DNA of 59,812 nucleotides, the filler included, from Trypethelium eluteriae (taxonomy: Eukaryota): the NCBI GenBank assembly GCA_051942245.1. It is 4 parts of 4 records of this genome, joined end to end, with 100 filler letters (N's around TTAATTAATTAA, not from the genome) between each part and the next. Parts side by side here need not be neighbours in the genome. Positions count along the whole stretch, not along the records: positions 45,004 to 59,812 come from JAVECL010000671.1; 3 more parts are not named here. One strand, 5' to 3'. Position 1 is the first letter of the stretch. Each line of letters starts with the position of its first letter. The notes beneath the pieces are model-generated. The model worked only from the letters and a program-made list of their open reading frames with translations. It had not been told where the DNA came from and did no database searches. Shown in pieces: positions 48,995 to 59,812 of the stretch. Both the position numbers and the translations under genes were made by a program.

Positions 48995-51900
48995 ATGTTT
49001 TCTCCTGAGCCTGCTGTCATAGGCGGCAACCAGCGGGCATCAACGCGAAATCCTAGAAGGCGACAGCGACTCGATTCCGACAGCTACAGACAAGACCAGG
49101 CGCCGCGCAGGAAGAGGAGTCGACTGTCTAGCGATACATTTCTGCCGCCTACTAGTCAGGGAGACCTCCATCATGCAGATACCAATGGACACGCTGATCC
49201 AGGAATGAATGGCGGCTCAAAGCTATTGCAACTACATGGTGTGCCAGTGCGTGAGAAGCAGTCATACAAGGGCGGTCGAGCTCACAAAGGCGACGATGTC
49301 TCCGTACTGGTACGTGCAACGACCCTATTTAGAAACAAAGAGGGACATGCTGACAGCTGCTGCACAGTTGAAAACCAAGAACTACACTGTCACGTCTTTC
49401 CCAAACGTTCCTTCACCATTACAAGGCACCGGTAAGATCTAGCATGTTGCAATCATCATTCGATTAAGCTACTGATACAGCATATCTTTTGCAGACTACA
49501 GATATTCGCTATTGCCTGCGACACGCCACGCACTTGCAGTTACGCGCAGCCATGCCTACATGTGGGACTACACCACCACTCACGGCGCTTCCAAACCTCG
49601 AGTTCTCGACTTCCCATCTACCATCCGATCAACAGAGCCTCTACCGAATGGCACTCTTCTTGCATCTGGTTCTGCTAGCGACGTTGGACTATTGGTGGTC
49701 ACCGCGGCCGGTAGAATCACATTTTGGGAAGATGTCGATGCTCCTGAGGATTTTTCACTCTTTGAGCAGAAGCGTTACACTGCAGACGGTAGCATCGGTG
49801 GCATGCTCTCAAGCGAGAAAGTTTCAAGTATCGTCAGCGCCGAACACGCCGGCTTCATTCTGGTTTTCAGTACTGGCCGCCTAGCGCATCTGACATTGCA
49901 TGATTCCCAGGGAAAACCTCATATTAATACACAATATCTCCGAAACCAAGCAGCTGGTGAACGTAATGGTTTCTTTGGCGGACTCAAAATGGTTTTTGGT
50001 GCCAGCTCGTGGCGAGGGAATCTGGCCGCCGTGAAGACTCGTCGGTCTACTGCGAGGAGCAACATGGACGTCATTGCTGCTACAACACAAGGAGAATTCT
50101 ACGTCTGGGAGGTTGATTGGTCAGGACAGCAAGAATATAAGGGTGCTATCAGCGCAGGCACAGTGATTGAGACTGCGCTTAGTATGGGCGGTTCCACCGG
50201 AACCCGTACTGATAAGTCCATAAGGGTCGTTGATTTTGTTTTACGTAATGACATCACCCAGAACAGTCAGGATCCATCGAACACCGGAATGATGCGTGGG
50301 TTGAATATCGTTGCGTTGGTGGAAGAGTCCGGAATGGCAGGGGTTTCGACGTACACAATTGTCGAACTGTCCCTGGCAAGTAGCGCCGCTCGCGTTGGGC
50401 GTTTAATCAGTTGTGAGTTTCCAATGAAAACTCACGACCAAACCGATCCACAAGTCGGGCCAAAATTATGCCTGCCTCAACCAGGCCATACCGCCATCAT
50501 CACCTTTTCGTTTGCCATTGTCCTTGTCTCTATCAAAGCACAGAAGGTCACTCCCGAATCACAACTTCTTACAGAGGCGCGTGCACAGTACTCCCAATAC
50601 CAGGACATCATTCACGTCATCAAGAACGAGAAAGCGCGGATTATGGGATGCTGCGAAGAACCGACCACGGGAAAGAACCAGGAAGCGGAACTTGCTATTT
50701 TTGCAAGAGATGCCGGCCTCTTACGGCTCTCAATACCTGAAGACGGGCCTGGACAACCCTTGGACAAGGCTAGCAACAGTCTCAAGAGCAAAATTGAACA
50801 AGCGGTGTTCTATGGAGGCGTACGGGGAACTCTCATAGACTTCAACGAGATTTTTGAGGCAGACTTCACATCGGAGCAAATCCGGCGTGCTACGATGAAC
50901 GTCAGTCGGGGTATTGTTAAATCGCGATTGGAGTTGCTACAGACCAAACCATCCATGCTGGAGCAGCTGCACGAGCGAGGACGATTATTGCGCAATCTCG
51001 CACTCTATCTAAGGAAGGTCTTTCCCTCGCTACCTCGAAACCTGAAGTGGATATTACTTTGGGACGCAGAGAAAATTGAATGTGCCAGGGTTGTCTGGTC
51101 ATTGTTCGAAGCTCGTTACGCTGAAAAGGGACCCGGTTATCGGACCAACCTTGAGAAAGCCGTTGCCTGCGTGGATAATGTGGGCGGAGTGGCGCTGGAT
51201 CTCAAGCGTGGCGAAACAGACGAGCTACGATCTTGGTTTACCAGAGATAGTGATCACTTTGAGTATATCATCAGATGCGCACTTGAGGCCATCCGACAGG
51301 GACATTACAGGAAAGACGCAGACATTCTTTCGGACCTGGGCATGACCCTCGAAGCTAACAAACTCGCCACCTCAACTCTAAACACAGCTTACCAGTTCAG
51401 GTTTGCCAGTCTGAGAGATTACGGCCTTGAGCACGATACCATCAAGCTGGACGCAGACCCCGCCCATTTCTCTGGTATACCTGAAATCTGGACCTCACGT
51501 GAGGATGTCATGTACCCAATCCGAGAAATGGTTAGGCATTCGTTTCAAGTACTCGACGATTTGGACAAGGTGCTCGAAAATTCTTCGGCAACAGATGAAA
51601 TGGCATCTGCAGCTGTTCTGAGTGAGGCCGCTGCTGTTGCCGGCAGCATTCCAGAATTGATTCGAGTTATACGGACAGCATCAAGAGAGCACGTGAGATG
51701 GCTTGATGCACAAGAGGCACAAGGCGCGCAAGACGATGGAGGCCCGCGCGGCGTAGCACGAGATGCCCTGCAATCATCAGTAGTGTGGCAGATGGAACAA
51801 ATCAGTAGACTGCCACAAGTTGAGCTCTGGGATGACGCAATCAAGTTGGCGGAGGAAATGGGGGACATGGGTTTCCTTGTGGAAATTATCACGAACGAAT

Positions 51901-53573
51901 CCGACGAACACGCACACACACTGACCATGTCGTCGAAGGAGCGCGAAAAGCTCACAGATCCTGTGGGAGAACTACGTAATCACAACAACCGCATGCGCGT
52001 CCTTGTCGAGTACATCGCCCGTTACTTCCAAGAATTCGGATGGAAATGGGCCAATCCATATTACCATTCTGTCATGCGACGTGGCACTCTTAGCGGATTC
52101 CTCAGTGAAGCTCGGGCGAACGAGGAATTCGCCACCCGTTTTCTGCGCGAGAACATACGGTCGTATGGGAAGCTTGGGTGGATCAATGAGGTGACCAGAA
52201 AGGGCGAAAACAAGACGGCAGGCACGACTGGCACAAAGGATTTCTCATGTGCAGGAGATATGCTCACAAACTGGGTCAGACTCACCGAGAAGAACGTTTG
52301 GAGCGCCAAGGTTGAAGCGAACATGGCGAAGCTCGCATATATGGCGGAGTGGAACATGAACCCAGGCTCGGCAATGTACAGCAACCAATCTGCTGTCGAA
52401 GACCCACAGCTACAGCAAGTTCCTTCGAAGTTTCAAATTGCTGATTCCGAGTCAAAATTACTGGACATCCAAGAGAGGATATTCGCCCATGTCGCACCAT
52501 TATTGGAAAAAGCCCTTGATATGACAGCTAAGATGCAGCTGGTTGTAGAGGAATTTGCAAGTCGGGTTATCAAGTTCGATCGCAAGGGCCATGCTAGGAT
52601 GTTGCACAAATGCCTCGAGAAATTAGTGCGCCTCGAGCGTCTCCTTCCTGATGAGCTCGTAGAGTTGCTCACTCTCATGGACCAGCGAAAGTGCGAAGAT
52701 GAAGAAAGTGATATCAGTGGGCAAGAGTGTGGATTGGCTCTCGAGGTACTCAAACTGATGGGGCTTCAGGATGATGAAGAATTGGAGCGAGCCTGGTCGA
52801 AGCTGATCTGGAAGCGGGCTCTGGTGAGGGACGACTGGAAGACAGTGAACGCGACAAAGGGGAAATCCGACGCTGAAATCAATCAAGAGCTGAGAATGAC
52901 CGAGACATATGGAGCATTCAAAAGTTTGAGGCGTCTTGAGCACTCATCCACCCTTCAGCTGGATTGCGCAGAAGACTGCATTGGTGCAGATGTGGACCCC
53001 GAAAAAACTGAGTATGACTTGATTGAGAAGGACCTTGTCGAAATATTGTTGAAAGACAATGCTGCCGACGATGAGGTGTTGAACAATAGCCTTGAGCACC
53101 ACCGACTTGGATACTGGTTCGATCGGTCGAAAGCATTAGAAGCCAAAAGTGCGGATACGGGGGGAGCGTCGGAAGAGAATGGTGGAAGCCATGAGGATAT
53201 TGAAGAAGGGCTAAGATTGCTCAAGGAAAGTGACGAAGATTTTTTCAATGACCGGAAGAAGGTCAATGGGCATGCTCGGACTAACGGTGAGGATGGAGAA
53301 ATCAATGGCGCAGAAGAAGACTACGAAGATGAGATGGATCAAGAGACTGAAGAAGATATGGTTACGGATATACCATTCAATGGCCACCCAACCAATCGCA
53401 AAGGAGCTCCCGTTGGACAGCTCGACAACGCTACGATTGACTCGACGGGTGACTATGCTGATGAGGATGGTGAATCTCGTTATGCAGATGGCGAGGATAA
53501 TGCAGATGACGGGGAAGGATACGAAGAGGACACTAGATACAGTGAAGCCATGGATGTTGATGTGGAGGGGTAG
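48995..53573 (+). CDS. NUP133: Nucleoporin Nup133
   Basis: Large protein of more than 1,400 aa. It has an MFSP...RNPRRRQR N-terminus, a beta-propeller-like N-terminal half, 'KSKIEQAVFYG', a helical C-terminal half (KLGWINEV, ELLTLMD, IWKRALVRDDW) and an acidic tail. Two short 5' introns. Confidence 0.85.
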
Positions 53574-54749
53574 ATGGTATTCTCTAGGGCTTCACTGAGG
53601 ACAGGGCAGGACAGGGCGAGACCTGGATATGGCAGACAGGCAAGTCTGGCGAGGCATTGCTTGGCGTCTCTTTCGGAAGAGTAGCGTACTTGCTATTCAA
53701 TTCTTGTACAGTAATACCGACTATCACAGTGACGCTACCAGTCTAGCGTAAAGATCCAACACAAGGACTTCACAACATAAATGCGAATGCGGCACGTGAG
53801 ATGCAAATGTCGGCGGTAGGTCGCGTTCTCGTCCTAGCTTGGGATTGCCAATGCGGAGAGAAAAAGCCTTTTCTAGTGGATGGATGCAGCGGTCTAACCC
53901 AATTCAAAAGGGCGCATCATTTTGTCACGCACAGACGTGCAGACGATAGACTGGTACCTGCATCGTGATTGGCAGCGGTCAAATCAGTAACAGACCTCGT
54001 GAGATGACACAAATCGATGGCAAAAGCGATGGTCAGACAGGAACGGTGGGGTCGTGATTGAGAGGTACTGCGTATAATTGCAGATGTTGTCAGATACGCC
54101 AAACGGCCGACCATCCCACCAATCGCGTAGGCAGCGGACCTGGCCGCTGAGGTGAGTGAGGCTGAGACGGTGGTACGGATACATACAAGCAGGAGCAGGA
54201 CAGCCAGGAGTTGCGGGGCCCATGGGGACATATGAGGCTAGGGCAGAGGCTTGGCGTGCTTCATCCGCTGCTGCGCTCCCAGTGGCTCCCAACGGTGGTG
54301 AGACTCCTCCGTGTGGTGGAGCTCGTTCAGACGGAAGAAATGTAAAGACGTGCAGCAAAGCTTATCGGGAGCAAGCCGTTCTGCGCGTAGTGAGAGGCCA
54401 AGGCGGAGAACGAGAGCCGGTGGCTGAATTGTCTGCCATCCGCCGTCTCGTCCTGTGCGTGGTTTTAGTGGGCGCACGGGCGACTGGCTGCCCGTCGCGC
54501 TAGGCCCGCCAGAGGCGTGCCGAATTCGAGACCACCAGAACCTCTCACGCTCTCCTTACTCACCGACTGCCCACTGACTACTGCTGCCATCCTCACTCAG
54601 ACTTCGATCACCACATTCGGATCGCGTCTAATCAGAGGAAAGCGTGAAGCCTACCTTTCTACAATTTCTACCTTCCACTTGACCACCCAATTCTGGCGTT
54701 CGTACCGGGTTACGCTGAAGCTCCCTCCAAGGACCTCCCGGCCGACAGG

Positions 54750-56348
54750 ATGGCTTCGTCCTCCTCCTCAAACGTCGTCGGCGTCCACTACCGTGTTGGC
54801 AAGAAGATTGGCGAAGGCTCTTTCGGAGTTATCTTCGAGGGCACAAATCTCCTGAACAACCAACAGGTTGCCATCAAATTCGTACGTGGAGCCCCTGTCG
54901 TGGCGCCTAAACAGCATCGTGAAGTTCTGACCGAAGACTACAGGAACCTCGAAAGAGCGATGCTCCTCAACTCAGAGATGAGTATCGAACATACAAGATA
55001 CTAGTTGGATGCCGTAAGTGACCTCTGCTTCTTCAGCCGTAGCAGTCCTAACTCAATAGGTGTTGTAGCTGGCATTCCTAATGTCTACTATTTCGGCCAA
55101 GAAGGCCTCCATAATATCCTTGTCATCGACCTCCTTGGACCCAGCTTAGAAGATCTTTTCGATCACTGTAACCGACGCTTCTCAATCAAGACGGTGGTAA
55201 TGGTTGCCAAACAGATGGTTCGTACCCAATACCTGTCGATAATGGCTGATCTGCTGACCACCACCCTAGCTGTCGCGAGTCCAAACAATACATGAAAAGA
55301 ACCTCATCTACCGAGACATCAAACCCGATAATTTCCTCATTGGCCGACCAAACTCTAAGGCGGCAAACGTGATCCATGTCGTCGATTTCGGTATGGCAAA
55401 ACAATACCGAGACCCCAAAACGAAACAACACATTCCCTACAGAGAACGAAAGTCACTCTCCGGAACCGCCCGCTACATGTCCATCAACACACACTTGGGA
55501 AGAGAGCAATCACGGCGAGACGATTTGGAAGCCCTAGGGCACGTCTTCATGTACTTTTTACGAGGTGGTTTACCTTGGCAAGGCCTGAAGGCGGCTACCA
55601 ACAAACAAAAGTACGAGAAGATTGGAGAGAAGAAGCAGACGACAGCTATCAAGGACCTCTGTGATGGGTTTCCAGGTAGTGCCTCTATAGCCCGAACGGC
55701 TCCCCCAGACATATTCAGTGACACGACAAACTAACCTTTGACACAGAGGAATTCAACAAATACTTGAGCTATGTCCGCAACCTCGGCTTCGAGGATACCC
55801 CGGACTACGACTACCTCCGTGACCTATTCACACAAGCTCTCAAAAATACTGGCGAAGTCGAGGATGGCGAGTACGATTGGATGAAGCTCAATGGCGGCAA
55901 AGGTTGGGAGGCCCAACGCAGCTCTCAACGCAATGACCTCCATCATCCCATTGCTAACCCACCCAATTCCTCAGCCCGCGAACTTGTCAACGCCCCAAAC
56001 CGGGTCTCCAAGGTCCCACAAGACCGACTGAATCAGGAACTTCCCAAACCCAACCAAGCACGACCCCCACAAGGTCCATCACGCCATCAAACTCCACAGG
56101 GCGGCACGCCTAGAACTAGCCAGCCTGGCTATGCTGGAGCAGACATAGCAAAAAGAAAGAGTGGAGTCGATATGGTGGGACCCGAAGGAAGCACAGCAGG
56201 CCATTTTCAGAATAGCACTCCGAATCTGGCGAACCGTGCGACTCAACAGAGTCAACAGGGACAACAAACACAGACAAGCCCGAATAATAGGCAGGAGCCG
56301 CAGAAGAGCGGATTTCAAAAGTTTTTGAGTGCCATCTGCTGCGGGTAA
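54750..56348 (+). CDS. Casein kinase I, Yck1/Yck2-like (membrane-anchored)
   Basis: [61 protein letters not shown] and a C-terminal ICCG palmitoylation motif. Four introns. Confidence 0.96.
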
Positions 56349-57708
56349 TGTTCCCTGCCATTTCTTGGTGCCGGGTTCATCGGTGGGCATCATGATCGCT
56401 GACCTCCATCAGCTGTGGAGATTGAGCTTGAAAGTCAAACCTATTTTGGCCCTTGACGTTGGCTTCATGTCCGCACTCGACCCAGTTCGAAATCAAAAAC
56501 CCTCCTCACTCGTCCTTTCATCACGCACTCGAAAAAACGGAACCACCTCATCTCTTTCTCTCCGACTACATTATGAGTCACGACCCTTGATCAGCGTTGC
56601 TCATTACCTGTCGCTACTCAGCATGTTTCTACACCACGGTTACATCTTTCAACACCCTAGGCTCCCATATCGAGGACGAGGGATTAATCCTTACTCTACG
56701 GTCGCTTTCCGGACCACAGACAACACAGAAAAAGAGGCACATTTGGTGCTCTTACCGTCGAGAAGACATCTTGTCTGAGCACTTTCCATGGCTCTGGTGT
56801 TGATCCTCAAATCGAAGCATTGGAACCGGGGTTTGGTATCTTAGGCGCTTGTCCTAATCATCTTTGTCCGTAGTGAGCCAAGGCGTTCACTGAAGGAAAA
56901 TGGGAATATTCTGCACCCTTCCACGTAGGGCCTTTTCTCTCTCTCTCAAGAACTAAGAACACAAGAAACAAAAAAGGGAGAGGGCTGGCATTGACGGATA
57001 CGAAAAAAAAAAAGAAAAGAAAAGAAACGGCGTCTCAGTCTTTCTTTTTGCATTATTGGGTCTCTTGCAAGCGTTGCAGTCGTGTCTTTGCGATATAGCA
57101 GTGGAGTCTGGTCTGTTGATTAGGCGGTATGTGCGCGTGGAAGAAATTCTGGGCCCTGACTGGGCGCTTTCATTGTAATTACACTGAGGTGGATGAAGAT
57201 CTTGGGAAGGGGTACAGAGTAGTGTCAGTACTAATACACGGAATGAAAATTCAACACAAATATGTGGTATCCGCAATATCGTAGACGGGCGGTATTGACG
57301 GTGGTTATATTTTGAATGAAGGTCAAGTTTGGCATCAGACTTGTAGCCAGCCTCTTTGCATGTCACGTTTGTCAACTGAATATCTTGAGACCCGAAAAAA
57401 GGACGTCAAGTTCGGACATTTCCGGTCATGCAAGATGCCTACACCCTGCCAGATCTCCTAATACGAAAATAGATTGTCACTGGGCCCTGAAGCATGTGAA
57501 GCCGGCCCTATGAATCGTTGACGTAGTGCATGCAAACTAACATCTTCCCGAGGTCTAAGATTCTGAATTTGGCGCCAAACAGTACCAAGGTAGTGTAAAC
57601 AGTCGTATATAATCGATTTTCTTCCTTCCAGACGTCGCGTCTTCACAGCGCTCATTTACCTCACTGAATTCGAAAGGGAGTACAGTATATTTTCCTACTA
57701 TACATACA

Positions 57709-58136
57709 ATGGCAAACAAATCAGGACCTGTAAGCCCTCCACTAACATCACATGATCTCGTAGTCAATCTCAGAACCTCCCTCTCATTGACCTATCCTTC
57801 TAGGACTCGTCTGTCCCCCTCAAAAACCGCAGCCAACTCGGCGACCCGGTATCTCTCAAAGCAGAAACCAGCAAAACCTCCCCAACCGAGCATGACAAGC
57901 CCAACAACACCCAATCACAACAAGGCAAGGAAGCTAGCTTAAAAGAACTCGCGCAGCAGAAGATGAAGTCGAATCCGTCGCAACTGGGGGATCCCATAAG
58001 CATGAAAGCCGAGACGAGCACACGGGAGCCGACAGAGGAGGACCGTGGAGCAGCGAGCGATCCGGAGGCGGTCGAGTATGATCGTGAGGGGGATCGACGG
58101 GCGAAGAAGGAAGGGACGGGAAGGTCGAAGTTGTGA
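57709..58136 (+). CDS. Small hydrophilic protein (117 aa) with two SQLGDP(V/I)SxKAETS repeats
   Basis: Exon 1 57709-57729 (MANKSGP), intron GTAAGC..TTGAC..TAG (57730-57803), exon 2 57804-58136 in frame to TGA. Confidence 0.75.
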
Positions 58137-58326
58137 TGTAGAGGAGAAGAAGGTTTGGGGGAGGAGAAAGAATGAAAGAATGAATTGAAATTATATGATA
58201 ATTTTGGATACAATATGTAATTTGGGGCCATCCGAACGCCAAATTTATTTGAGTGAAACATGTACAGAGAATTGAAGTGAAGTGAATATGTCCGCCTCCT
58301 ATCCCTATCCTACCCTATGGGGTAAG

Positions 58327-58995
58327 TCATTGATTCGGTTGCTGTTCGTTTTCGGCAGGAATCACCACGCCTTTCTCCTCGAGCATCTGGGCGAGAGACC
58401 CGTCTTGGTGCATGCTCACTAGGATGTCGCATCCGCCCACGAACTCGTTGTTGACATAGAGCTGCGGTATCGTGGGCCACTCGGAGTATTCTTTGATTCC
58501 TGGGGGTTCGAGTCAGCACTGGCCTGAAATTTGCATCTATGGCTGTCGCAGTAGCACTAATTTCTCTTTCTTTTTTGATGTTGCGCTACCTCTCGACAAC
58601 ACTCCGCGATCCACGTACCTTGTCTCAACTCCTCATCTTCCAATACATTGAACGCCGTGAATTTTCCTGGATCCACCCCCTGTAATCCGAGAATCTGGAT
58701 GCTGGCTCGCGAAAATCCACACTGTGGCGTCTCTGGTGTCCCTTTCATGAATAGCACGACTGGCGATGTGGCTACAGCCTTGTCGATCGCAGCGCGCGTC
58801 TCTGTCGATAGAAGTCGAACTGGTACTGGTGTGAACCGTCCATGGTTTTTGGGGGAGAGGATTCGTGTGGAGAGAGGTTTCGTATAAGGGTGGGAAGCTT
58901 GCCGTACGGCCTGCATGGGGAGATTAGGCTGATGAGGATCATGAAAGTAAGCGGTCGCAGAGACGTACAGATGATATTGCTGTCCGTCCTAGCAT
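58327..58995 (-). CDS. GRX5: Mitochondrial monothiol glutaredoxin
   Basis: [17 protein letters not shown], then after an intron [26 protein letters not shown]. It has a basic presequence-like N-terminus. Confidence 0.95.
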
Positions 58996-59243
58996 GGTCT
59001 TATACACGGGACTCGCGTTCCTGGGCGGTTTGATTGAGGGGGAGGCGTAGGCGCCAGGCTCACCAGGGCTTGAAAAGGGAGGAGCGAAGATTGAAGCCAA
59101 TGACATCAGCTCGAAGGGAGCCGCGGCAGGGGACAGCAGCCATGATTACGAATGTCACACCGGCACAGTCACCTTAATCAACCTTCGCTATGCCTCGTGG
59201 CTTGCGGCTGCATGGTTCCTTGCTTATTGCTTAGTCTGGAATA

Positions 59244-59812
59244 ATGGACCGTCCCTCCTTTACCGTGAACCCGCAAACCCCTGTACAATACGACGAACAG
59301 CTGGCCAGCCTAGAAGCTCAGAACCGCGAACGTCTCGTAGCAGCTCAGCAGCCTTCCCCGGCCGACAGTACCGGCTCTATTCTATCTCAGACAACAGAAC
59401 ACAATCCCAACCCATCCCAGACTTCACAGCAAGGACTTAGCAGGAGATAGGAAGACTATATTTATTTGGAGTGATGTATCATCCTAGCTTCGCCGTAAAT
59501 CCTGAAGACCCAGGACAGGACAAAGCATATCAGGAAAAACTTGCCCTGATCCATGCTGAGAATCGCGAGCGCCTTAAAACAGCTCGAGCCGCTCAGAACG
59601 AGACAAGCCCGACCCAGCAGCACGACGCAGAGTTTGCCAGTCGAGTAGCTCGGAATAAAGGAATCCTCGCAGCAATTCAAGCAGGTTATCAGACGAACCC
59701 GGAGAGTGGAAACAATACCAATCTCTCAGAAACTACACAGGAGGGAGATCAAGAGCGACAGCATCTCATGCAAGCTGATCATTCCAACCCGACGAACAAC
59801 TCCATCACCCCC
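59244..59812 (+). CDS. Hypothetical protein(s) with a duplicated PSFxVNP..Y.E.LA...A.NRERL motif; runs off the window
   Basis: ORF 59244-59450 and a second open frame from ATG 59474 to the window end share the motif. Confidence 0.45.

Overview
Eukaryotic, intron-containing DNA from a filamentous ascomycete (Pezizomycotina; Dothideomycete-like is an inference). It consists of four contig pieces joined by three artificial 100-bp spacers (44 N + TTAATTAATTAA + 44 N). Most of the window holds conserved genes: a Zn2Cys6 transcription factor, PhyH dioxygenase, NCE102, a sterol-glucosyltransferase-like GT1, a heme oxygenase-like protein, STE50, SUS1-like, CDC48, septin CDC3, STF2-like, DRE2, NUP133, casein kinase I and GRX5. 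Between CDC48 and CDC3 (about 28-37.6 kb) is an accessory-looking interval. It contains an intronless T4 Rnl2-type RNA ligase with all catalytic motifs plus the Rnl2 C-domain signature, the 3' end of a probable LTR retroelement, an F-box-like ORF, a head-to-head pair of small secreted proteins (one with a NucA/NucB nuclease motif), and an internally duplicated protein of unknown function. Other observations are a monocarboxylate-transporter pseudogene with RIP-like damage, a start codon split by an intron, and several small genes missing from the ORF track. Exon boundaries were read by eye, and all family calls come from motif recognition, not database searches.
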